Shown here piece by piece: positions 1 to 10,248 of a stretch of DNA of 64,000 nucleotides. Below the pieces are notes generated by a model. That model saw only the letters and a program-made list of their open reading frames with translations, ran no database searches and had not been told where the DNA came from. Source of the DNA: Protoeuglena noctilucae (taxonomy: Eukaryota); contig OY253669.1 of NCBI GenBank assembly GCA_958009085.1, positions 1,302,001 through 1,366,000 on the forward strand, in the 5' to 3' direction. Position 1 is the first letter of the stretch; every line of letters starts with the position of its first letter. The position numbers and the translations under genes are program-made.

Positions 1-673
1 CGCTGGGCCCGCGCCTCCTCCTGGAAACGCAGGTCGATGAGTTCTTGTTCCGCAATGCTCAGCGGGCCCTGGTCTCCCCTCTGGCGAAGGTAGGCCTCCA
101 CCGCACCCGCGGGGCTGCGAGGGGGGCGAAGGAGCCAGGGATGTCATCGAATCTGCCATTATCGAGGCTCGACATGCGGAACATGCCTGTTGGAACCGTG
201 AGAGTGGGCTTGGGACAGGGGGGGCGTCGTCCGCGGGCGCGGAGGGGGCAGATAGGGGGCGGCTCAACCTGGAGGAGCCCGCCTCGGATGCACACGTATG
301 GGGCGTTTCGGCAGGACCCAACACAAGAAATGCGCTCGGCTACACCACGCACGAGTCCCGACAGCGGCGCGAACCCCGCGCGGTGAGGATTAGGCTGCAC
401 GATCGCATGCGTCGGGACGGGTGCCAAGAAAGGCGGGCCTGGGCCGTCCCCCGCCGGTCAGGCGATCCAAGCTGACCCGTTACCTACGCCGTAGCAGCTC
501 AGCACCCACCTTGCCACCAGGCACGCGGCGAGCGCGAAGGAAAGGCCCGCGGACACGGCCGCACTGATCCTCTCCGGCGCCTGGACCGCCCGGCACTTGC
601 AGGACCGGTGAGTCGAGCTGGAACTGCCGGCAGTGCCAGCACGCAGCTGAAGCGCGGGGCGGATGGCGGCCAT
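1..673 (-). CDS. Plastid/thylakoid-lumen-targeted protein of unknown function, 5' part only (runs off window start)
   Basis: Exon 673-510 reads MAAIRPALQLRAG...SAGLSFALAACLVA, an S/A/R-rich transit peptide plus a hydrophobic stretch. GT..AG intron 509-115 joins it in frame to SPAGA-VEAYLRQRGDQGPLSIAEQELIDLRFQEEARAQ, giving an A-x-A lumenal peptidase-type site. Confidence 0.55.
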
Positions 674-1526
674 CGCCCCGGGCTGTTGACGTCGCGACGG
701 TCCGCGAGAGGTGGGAAGGGAACGTGGTCCGATGCCGGGCTCCGTGTGCAGGATTTAGCTAACGGGAATCACCGACGCGTTCAGCGAAGCGGGCCGGGAT
801 CCGGTTGCGTCCCGAGCGCGTTTGACAGGTCACAAAGACTGCGACGCCGTGCTGCTTGTCCCGCATTGTTGCGAATAGCGTGCGAAGGTTCGGCGTCTTG
901 CGGAGCGCGCGGGCGCTTCCGGGTTTACCACCCGCCAGAGAGTGCGCCTCGCGCGCGCGCGTCATCCGTCGATAGCCGCGTCGCTGGCCACGCTGCAACG
1001 CTGCTCGATCCAACGCGCCTCTCGCTAACATTTCGCGAGCACCCAGCGCGACTGTCGTCGGCGGAGGCCTCGGTGGACAGGGAGACCGGGGCGCGGTGTC
1101 CGGGGCCTCGCCGCGGGCCTTATGCTCATCATGGACGGGTTTGGGAAAGCAGGAGGCTTCAGTCCGCTGGGTCCGGGGGCCCAGGGAGAGCATGAGGTGC
1201 GTGACGCATCGCGTGCCCCGGCCGAGGGTTGTGCGCGCCGGCCGGGGAGGGATGCGCGCGCGACGCGGAGCTGGTGCGTGGGTCGTCTCATGAAGCGTTG
1301 ACGCGCGTCACTAGGAATCCGCACCGCTCGCGCGGGGCGACGGGATTGGACGAGGGGGGGCCCGTCTGCAGCATGGCCCCGGCGAAGGCTCATGGGCACA
1401 CGCGGTGGTCTGTCGCATGTATCGTTTATCCGAGGACGCTCTTTCGATGCCCTCGACACCGCGAGCGCCGCGCGCTGCGGACGGCCTCCGCCCCATGCTG
1501 GCCTTGTCGGCGCTTGCTCGCAGGGG

Positions 1527-2658
1527 ATGGAAGATCCTTACATACGGCAGCTCCTGTTAGAGTTCGAGAGTGCTCCCAAGGGCACGGCGCCGCCCGGCCC
1601 GACCGGCCATCCCATGGAGGACCTGCCCAAGTGAGGCCGGCGTGGGCGCCTAGGTGGCACGTGGCCCCGACGTGCCGCGCCGGACGTGCGGCCCTCCCAC
1701 CCTGCGCCGCTTGCAGGGACCTCGGAGAGGACGACGGGGACGAGGACCCTGCGCCCAAGCGACGGCGCGGCGCGAGCCCCGATGACGGGGAGTCCGGGGA
1801 CGAGGATGGGGGCCACAAGGGCGGGAAGCGAGGGCGGGAGGCCGCGCAGAAGAAGGCGTCGAGGGAGAAGCTTCGGAGGGAGCGCATCAACGAGCGGTTC
1901 TCCCAGCTGGCAAAGGTGGGGTGCGGCACAGGGCGCTGGCGGTGCGGGGGTTGGCCTGACCTGGTAGCCCCGTCGCAGCGCCCCGACCCTCCCGTCACCC
2001 CGCAGTTGATCGATCCCGGCGAAGTGCCCAAGACGGACAAGCTCTCGATTCTGGGGGACGCCATCAAGCTGATCAACCACATGCGTCAGCAGGTCTACCA
2101 GCTGCGGGAGCTGAACAAGTACCTCCAGGAGCGGGCGACCAAGTCGGAGTCGATGAGCATGTACCAGCGCTACGTCGCTGCGGGGGCGCAGGGCTTGCCG
2201 TTCGGGGTGGCGGGGGGTGGCAGCAACGTGGTGGACGTGGGCGTGGGCATGGCGGGGGCGGGGCCCAGCGGGGACCGGGGGGGCGCAGACCCCAGGCGAG
2301 GCGCCGATGCGATGTGCGTTGCGCCTGGCTCGCTGCTGCAGGGGCGCTCATACCTGACGCTGCTTCCCTCTTTGCAGTGCGAGGGGTTCGATGGTTCAGG
2401 GGGGGCCAGGGGGCCTCCCTCCCCTCCCGGCGCTGCCATTCATGCCCCTGCAGGCGAGTAGTTGTTTGCTGCTTGCAACAGTGCTGGGATTGCCGAGGTG
2501 GGTTGTGAAGTCAGCACGCCTACCCTACGTCGCGACTGCAGATGCCGGGACAGCCCGGTGTCGGGCTGCCGGGGGCGGGGCAGGAGACCAGCAAGCCGCC
2601 CATGCCGTGGATGAGCACCGACGGTTCGGACCCGATGCTGCGACCACCAGCAGCATGA
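1527..2658 (+). CDS. bHLH-ZIP transcription factor, plant subgroup IVc-like (ILR3/bHLH105/bHLH104 type), about 5 exons
   Basis: KKASREKLRRERINERFSQLAK|LIDPGEVPKTDKLSILGDAIKLINHMRQQVYQLRELNKYLQE matches the ILR3-type basic-HLH plus zipper. The spliced C-terminus is MPWMSTDGSDPMLRPPAA*. Two introns (2296-2377, 2454-2541) need GC donors. The start codon is tentative. Confidence 0.85.
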
Positions 2659-2985
2659 GCACTTGCACAGCGTTGGGTCGTTTCTGGCTGCTGTCGCAGG
2701 ACTGGAGAGTGTTTGCAGCGAAAGTCTCGCGCATCGAGTGTAGTTCGCCATGTGAAGCAGCCGAACAGGGTGCGCGTGGGAAGAAAGACTGGTTTGAGCT
2801 CGTTGCAGGGCACCACTGCCAGCGCTCCGCCGATCCCGGACAGAAGGAAGGCTCTGCGCCGTTGGTTTCAAAACACAGCTACTCTAGCTTGCCCCAGAAC
2901 CGCGGAGAGCGGTTTTGGGAGCTCCTAGGCCCTTGCCACGTTGCCACGCATTCGTGGGGACTGGAGAGCGAGTCGGGGGTCCGCA

Positions 2986-5837
2986 ATGAGCGTCGCGACG
3001 AGGCTCTCGAACTCGTGTGGACGCGCGCGGGCGCGGGCCGCGGTCGCTCACGCATCCCGGCCGGGGCCTGTCGGCGCGCGAGCCCCCGCCACGAGCGTTG
3101 AGGTGGGCTTCCTCACCCGGGCAGTCGTCACGGGCTCTGGATCTATGCGCGCCCGGAGCCTTTGCTTCTTCGCCCTTGCATGCACCGGGCCATTCGCGGC
3201 TTGGCTGGGACAGGCAGCCGGGGTCGGGTGTCCAATGACGTTTCTGTTGGGGCCCCCGCAGGCGCTAGTTTCGGCGGTCCTCGACGTCGTCCGCCGTGGC
3301 GACGAGCTCCGTGACATCGGCATCGAAGCGGTGCAGCTCGCGATCGGCACGGGACCGCGACGCGCGGCTCAGAGGGGGGTCACAGCAGCGGTGGCCCTGG
3401 CCAGCACCGCGCAGGCGCTCGTCAACGCGCGGAGGAGCGGGCAGGAGCTGCGGCCAGAGGCAAGCGATGATATGCCTACGTTGCAGCACACCCGCGGGTC
3501 GCCCGCGTTCCTGCAGCGACGCGCTCAGGGCTCTTTGAATGCAGGTCGTCTTGCGCGAGCTTTTTGAGAAGCTCGGGACCACGTACATCAAGCTGGGGCA
3601 GTTCATCGCCTCCTCACCGACGCTTTTCCCCGAGAGCTACGTTCTCGAGTTCCAAAGGTCGGTCAGAAGCCGCCCGCTTGCGGAGACGCTCCCTTGTGTG
3701 ACGCAACGCGCGCCCACCCACCGTGCCTGTGGGCCCCGCCGCAGGTGCCTGGATCGTGCGGAGCCGGTGGACTACGAGACCATTCGCACGATCATCCGCT
3801 CCGAGCTGGGCCGGCCGATCGAGGAGGTGTTTGAGTTCATCGACCCACGGCCTTTGGCCAGCGCCTCCATTGCCCAGGTGCGTGGGGTTCCCGCCGTTTG
3901 CGCTCTTGCCGAGCAGTGCGGGCGACGCGCATGCTTCACTCTGCCGTGGCGAGCTGAGGCATTTCGTCTCTAAGTGGCACTTGGCGATGACCTGTCATCC
4001 GTTCGGGTCTAGCAGGTCCACTCGGCCGTCCTGAAGGGCAGCAAGCAGGACGTTGTGATCAAGGTGCTCAAGCCCGGTGTTGAGGATGTCCTCACGGTCG
4101 ACCTGAACATGGTCTACATCGCCAGCCGCTTGCTAGAGTTCATCAGGCGAGGGGCGGCAGAGATGGGGCGGCACATTTGCGTGATCGTGCTGTGTGATTG
4201 CAGTGTCCGTGGCATCCATAGCCCAGTCCCTGTCTTACCCACGACAGCTGGGCTGTTACCGAGGACGCCCTGGCTCACACCGCTCGCAGCCCCGACCTCA
4301 ACCGCGCCTCGCTGGCCGCCATCGTCGGTGACCTGCGCTCGTCCATGTTTGAGGAGGTCGACTTCACCAAGGAGGCCCGCAACATGAAGGAGTTTGGGAC
4401 GTTCCTCGATCAGACCGGCATGAGGATGGTCGCCACGGTGCCATTCGTCTATGAGCAGGTGCGGATTGTCATGACAGGCATGAGTGCGCAGCGCAGCGCG
4501 TGTAGCCTGCCCTCGACTGGCGTGGCTGACGGAGACTGCACGGGCTGCGTTCGCGAGCCACCCGGCTGCGCTCAGGGGTTGTAACAATGCCAGCGTGCTC
4601 TGGGTGTCCCGCAGTTGTCGACGAAGCGCGTGCTGGTCATGGAGCGCCTCTTCGGCGTGGCGCTGTCGGATTTGGACGGCATCCGGAAGGTCACGCAGCG
4701 AGAGCCGGAGCTCGTCCTCATCGCGGCCCTCAACACCTGGCTCACGTCCCTCGCCTCCTGCCGCACCTTCCACGCCGACCTGCACGCGGGCAACATGCTC
4801 GTGTTACGGTGCGTGGGCGCACAGTCCATCGGCCATGCCGCGTCGCTAACACTGAGCGCAGCAGGCCACCCAGCGTCGCTCGCGTCTAATCCATTTCCTT
4901 TGCTTCTCCCAGGGATGGTCGTGTCGGGTTCATCGACTTTGGCATCGTCGGGCGCCTGTCTCCCGGCACCTGGCAGGCCCTCCAGACGCTGTTAATCGGC
5001 GCAGCGACCAAGGACTACACCTCCGTGGCCAAGGCCCTCGGTGAGCACTCGACTGCGCGGTTGCGTAAGACCCTTCGCAACTGTGCTGGCGCCATCCGCC
5101 AAGCCGGGCAGAGTAGGGCGCATGCAGTGCCCATGGCTGCCCAGCGAGGGCGGTGGATCTACGGTACGGTCAACAAACGTGCCGAATAACCCTGCTCCGG
5201 GTCACTTGATGCGAGTTTCCTTCCAAACGACCTGCAGTGACGATCGGGGCGACGAGCGACGTTGTCGACATTGACGCCTTCTCCCGCGACATCCGCGACC
5301 TCTTCACGGCCATCGACCAGCTGGATGCCCGCCTGGTGGCGACGGGCACCAGGGGCTCCAACGGGGCTGGGTCTCGGAGCTTCGAGGCGTCGGTTGTGGT
5401 CGACGAGGCGCAGGTCAACCGCCTGGTGCTCGACATCGTGCGGTGAGCGCGACGCATCTTGATCTGTTCGAATGCGTGCCACTGTGACGGAGCCTGGGGT
5501 GCCTGGCGCAGGCCGAGGCGGCTTGCGCACGGCGCACAGTGGCGCTTTGCTTTGCTTGGCATGCAAGGCGCCTGGTGCCGCGCCCTCCGCAGGGTTTCGG
5601 AGACGCACGGGCTGCGGTTCCCGCGCGAGTTCGGTCTGCTTCTGAAGCAGCTTCTCTACTTCGACCGGTACATCCAGGTGCGCCAGCGTGGGTGTAACAA
5701 GCGCGGGTCTCTAGCTGGTGTGCCTGACCTCGGCGTCAGTGGCGACGAGAGAGGGAGCTGTGTCCTGTGCCTATCCTCTGCAGATATTGGCCCCAGAGCT
5801 GCAGCTGCTGAGTGACTCGAGGATCCTCTTCCGCTGA
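2986..5837 (+). CDS. ABC1K9: Plastid ABC1/UbiB atypical kinase, ABC1K9-like, multi-exon
   Basis: Exons read LGTTYIKLGQFIASSPTLFP, PLASASIAQVH, VVIKVLKPGVEDVL, MFEEVDFTKEA, FHADLHAGN, GFIDFGIVG and FPREFGLLLKQLLYFDRY, ending ILAPELQLLSDSRILFR*. The N-terminus looks like a transit peptide. Confidence 0.9.
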
Positions 5838-6506
5838 CGCGGGTGCCCCTGGCATGGCCCGTGACCGTGCACTGCCAGACGATGCGATTGCTGCGACACG
5901 GCCCGTCGACGCAAGCGGCGAAGCTGGAGGGCATGGCCGGTCGGCAGTCGCTCGCAAGGTTTGCTTTGATAGGGTCGTCTCTGTCTCTTTACCTTGTCTG
6001 GGCGACCCGTGCTTCGTCTCTCTGCTGGCCTCGCCCAGCCATGCACCGCTTGCCCGCGACCCGTGCATCCAAAGCACCCGGCATTTGCAGCCCCACTGGG
6101 GATCTGAATTGTTTCTTGCCTCCTTTCAAGCAATGGCGCTGCTTACAGGGCGCGGCGTCGAACATGAAAGCAGCCATGCAAAGGCACCCTGCAGCGTGCT
6201 GGCATCACGGATCGCCTCGTCACACCCGGGCCCACAGGCAGACCAAGAGCAGCCCGCCTGCGGCCCTGTTCGTGCACCGACAACCCCACCCCTCCACACC
6301 CCGCCCATGGCTGCCTGTGTCTCCCGCCCTCACCGCCCCGGACCTGAGCGGCTGGAATGCAGAGGAAACTCCAGCAAAGCCACAGGCTGGCCGCCCACCG
6401 CCGCTGCGGGGACCGAGAGTATAGCGCAAGTGTTGCCATGCGACCCGTGCACCGACGCTGCTGCTGGGAGGGTTGGTGTCGCGGTGCAGCGCTCAGCCGA
6501 CGCACC

Positions 6507-8584
6507 TCAGGCGGCGGGCGTGGCCGCGGGCGTGGCAGCGGGCGTGGCGGCAGGAGTGGCCCCGGGCGTGGCAGCGGGCGTGGCCGGGTCGGCGGTGGGC
6601 GTGGGCGTGTGCGTGAAGTGGTCGAGCTTGTTGGTGAGGTTGGCCAGGTCATACACCACAATGTCACCACCCTTGGAGATCGTGGCCGCCGGGCCGAACT
6701 CCTTGGTCTTGCGGCACTCCTTCCCGATGTACGTGAGGGCCGGCTTGAGGGGCTTGACTGCAGGGAGCGGGCGTGGCAAGTGCGCTTCAGTCATCAGCAA
6801 CACACGCTGGCGCGCGCTGCAGACCGCCTCTGCGAGGCCGAGCGCGTGCGCACTGCGTCAAATCTGAGGATTTGTGCAGAGGACGGACTCACCGCAGTAG
6901 GCCGGCGTCTTGGTGAGCACCAGCTGGGCGGGCGTGCAGTCGGCGGACTTGCTGTGCGTGGTGGCGTCGACGTTCACCGTGCACGAGACGGGGTTGAAGG
7001 CCACGGCGAAGCTCGCACCCACGCTGCGGGCGGGCAGGAAACGGGGCGCGTTCGCGGACTGCTTCTACACTGGGCAGCTGGTGCGGCGGCGCTGGGGAGT
7101 TCTTTCGCAAAGCGGCAAGGCAGTCGGCTGCTGGGCGCAGGCGTGGGGGCCGCGGGCAGTCACCAGTAGGGCAGGACGAGGCCCTGGTAGACGTCGGCGA
7201 GGATCTTGGCGCAGTCGGCGTTCTGGACCTGGCTGCACTTGCTGCCCAGCACGTCCTGCAGCGTCACCGTGCGGTCCGGCGCGGGGATCTGGGAGAGGCT
7301 GGTGACCCCGACCAGGTTGCCTGCGAACAGAGTTACGGAGAGGGCTGTCAGGCCACGTGTGGGTATCACCTCAGGTGAAATGAGCGGCACATGCGAATGT
7401 GCACAGCCGGGCGCCAAGCGTGGCTGCGGGCGCAGCTCGCCCGTCCCTGCCAAGCTGCGCTGCTGGTATTCGCAATGAGACAAAATGCTCACCGATGACG
7501 ATGGCCGACGGCTTGCACGAGGCGTTGATGGCCTCCTCCACATAGGTCAGGAAGAGCGCCTGCGGGTCGCTGGAGGCCTGGAGGGCCGCGATCTTGGCCT
7601 CGAGGTCCGCGATCTCAGCCTCCGCGGGGAACGTCACGTCCGCGCTCGAAAGGAGGTCCTGGTAAGCCCCCTGGAAACCCGAAACCCAGTTCTGGTACTT
7701 GGCGAGCACGTCGGCGGGCAGCCTGCGCGGGCGGGGGCGTTCGGACGCGTCGCAGGGCCAGGAACGGAGGTTGTCAGGAGCGAAGGGTGAACGGGTGCGC
7801 AGCGCGCCTGGCGACGGCGGCGCGCGGCCTGCCTCGTGCAGCGCTGCAGCGGGCTGCAGCACCGCAGCTGGGGATCCGAACGCGGCCGGGGTCGCGGCGG
7901 CGCCGCGCGCGGCTGCGTTGCTGCCGGGTGCGTCGAGAGGATAGCCGCGAGGTGCGGATGGCGGCGGGGCTCGGCTCACCAGCTCGTCGGCCCGCCGGAG
8001 GTCGCGCCGGGGGTAGCAGCCGGGGTGGCGGCCGGCGTCGCCTGCTGCAGGCGCCTCGCGGCGGCCGAAGCGGTTGCGGTGGTGTCGGAGGGGATGTTGA
8101 GGATGCCCATCACCTGTGGAGGGCCGGTGTGCCGGGTGTCGGGTCGTATCTCTACCCGGCCGCCGCGCTACCTTGGGGCCTCCCGCCCCGCAGCGGTCGT
8201 CGCTAGCGGCACATTTATGACTAGAAAAAAAGAGCAGCGTGGCGCCGAGGCGGAAACCGGGCGGAGCGCGCCCCCAGGGCAGGCTTTGTCTCGGTCGAGG
8301 CAGCCCCGCCCCGAGACTCAAGAGACGGAAATTCATCCAATGCATCGGCGCGAGGCCTCCAACATCGTCGAAATAAGCGCGGCAGCGGCTCAGCGCACGC
8401 GCTGGGTGCCACTGGGAGGCCCTGCAACCCCTGGCAGCGCCGCACCACGCACCTGATCCATGAACGCCTGGACGCTCGGAATGAGGTTGATCTCTTCCAC
8501 CGCTGCCGGGGCGGGGGTGGCATGCGCGACCCCCGCGACCAGCAGGAGGCCGGCAGCGAGGCCGGACAGGAGCCCGCGAAGCAT
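6507..8584 (-). CDS. Secreted Cys-containing protein with Ala-Thr-Pro-Ala repeats (candidate cell-surface glycoprotein), 6 exons
   Basis: Signal peptide MLRGLLSGLAAGLLLVAGVAHA, then RRLQQ followed by ATPAATPAATPG. Cys-rich core SCKP..KCSQVQNADC..PYC|VGAS..SCTV..DCTPAQLVLTKTPAYC|VKP..GKECRKTKEFG. The C-terminus is a TPAA tandem tail. Exons join in frame at GT-AG sites. Confidence 0.7.
6510..6600 (-). repeat. Coding 12-bp tandem repeat encoding (ATPA/TPAA)n
   Basis: About 6-7 imperfect copies of ggc(g/c/a)gcgggcgt on the + strand. A shorter copy of the same peptide repeat lies near 8000-8045. Confidence 0.85.
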
Positions 8585-8926
8585 GGGGACAGCGCTCCGC
8601 GCTCGGATGAATGACAATTCACGCGTACGACGCCGCACTCTCGCAGACTCCCGCATCTACCCCCTGGCCGGCGTGCTCGGGCGTAAACAGGGGTCGACCT
8701 GCCTGACGAGGTACTGCATCGAGGAGGCTGCACCTGGCCACAGCTGCGGCCTGCACCGTCGATACAAGCGACCAAAAGACGAATCCGACGGAGTGCACAG
8801 CCTGGTGCGGGCCTAAGTCCGCGTGCGCCGCCGGGGCGAATTGGACCAACTCGGGTCCCGCGTCGCTCCCCTCCATTCGCTGCCAATGAAAACGCGTGAC
8901 GAATCGCAACCCCTGCAGGCAAAGAA

Positions 8927-9782
8927 ATGAGCGGCGCATCGCTGGGGAAGGGGGCGTGGGACTGCGACGCCAACGCGCCCATCCCCCCGGAGGTGCGTTC
9001 CTTCGCTACCCTGTCCCCGGGAGCGGACGGCGCAGACCATTGCGCCTCTGAGACGCTTATATGCCGCACTTAGAACAGCGTTGACGCGTCCTCGTTCCGC
9101 ACGTGGCCACGGCGCGCGAGTTGGGCATGCAAGCGCGTCAACTGCCCCGCACGTTCCAACCTGGCCCTCGCTACCCCGCAGAAGGAGGCCGAGGTGTTTG
9201 AGGAGATCGCCACCATGAACTTCCCGTTTGAGGGGATCCCCACGGTCCCGCCCGGCAAGGACACGAAGGTGAGGGATGTGACGAGGGCGCATTGCCTGCC
9301 AGCCAGCAGCGAATGGACCTCTTGCATGATGACGTCTCCTACACGTACCCGCAGAGGATGGCTTTCTACTGCGGCAGGTCCCGGAACATCGTGACGGCCG
9401 CTCCGACGGACTCGGTGGCTCGCGTCAAGCAGGCGCTCGTGGCGGGCGGCATCAGCAACGCGGACCGGCCCGCGCACGTCCGCCACACGCCCGGCATCCG
9501 CACGTGGGAGGACCTGGAGCTCATCTACGCCGGGCAGCTGATGGAGGTGAGCGCGGGCCTGCGAGCGCGGGCCGAGTGCAGGGAGCAGCCAAAGCAAAGG
9601 TTGTTTGTCCATGATATGGACAGGCAAGAGGCAGACACCGCACATATCTCGGCCCCTTGATGCAGAACGACAAGACTCTGGCTGACTACCACGTGCCTCA
9701 GGGGTGCAAGGCCATGATCGCCATCGAGGGGGCCAAGCTGCGCAGTGGCAAGCTCGACCGGGACCACCCTTACTGGAATTGA
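8927..9782 (+). CDS. Small ubiquitin-like-domain protein, 4 exons
   Basis: MSGASLGKGAWDCDANAPIPPE|KEAEVFEEIATMNFPFEGIPTVPPGKDTK|RMAFYCG..TDSVARVKQAL..LELIYAGQLME|NDKTLADYHVPQGCKAMIAIE..HPYWN*. The segment LIYAGQLMENDKTLADY is a ubiquitin-fold signature. There is no terminal GG. Confidence 0.75.
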
Positions 9783-10248
9783 GTTGCTTTGCTAGTCGCG
9801 CACCATCGCCATCATCAATAACGGTAGCTTCCTATCAACCGAGTGCCTCACATCGACCCTGTCCGGCGATATGTTCAATCCGCGGCGACTCCTGGCCGCC
9901 GCGTCCCGGCCATTGGCCCGTGCCCAGTGGTGTGGGCGTGTGAATGTGCCTGGCGACAACTGAAAAGGGCCGCGCCTGCCGAGCGGGTGAGATACTAGGG
10001 CGTGCAGATGCAGGGCGGGCCCCGGCACGCGACTGTTCAGCACGACGCAAAACGAGAGTGAAGCAGAGAAGGATGACAGAGACAAAGGGAGACCGCGGCG
10101 TCGCCGACAAGGCGCGGCGCAGCACGGCGATCTCCGCGCGAGGTCCGGCGGGGCCCCTCCACAGGTGACCCACCCGACCACCACACCCCAACCCGACCCC
10201 CCATATGTATGGTACAAGCCCCGGGTGCTCGGCCAGCCGCCCGCCTGC

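Noticed and set aside
1299..1312. Palindrome tgacgcgcgtca upstream of the bHLH gene
   Set aside because: A single occurrence in CG-rich sequence, with no independent evidence of function.
6143..6147. Chlorophyte TGTAA polyadenylation signal
   Set aside because: One plausible minus-strand instance lies about 360 nt after the secreted-protein stop, but I did not find it consistently after other genes, so it is not annotated.
7160..7165. In-frame TGA after LPYW as selenocysteine or a recoded stop
   Set aside because: It is explained by a GT donor (TG|GTGACT) that restores PYC-VGAS. Genes in the window end in TGA, TAG and TAA normally, so there is no sign of an altered genetic code.
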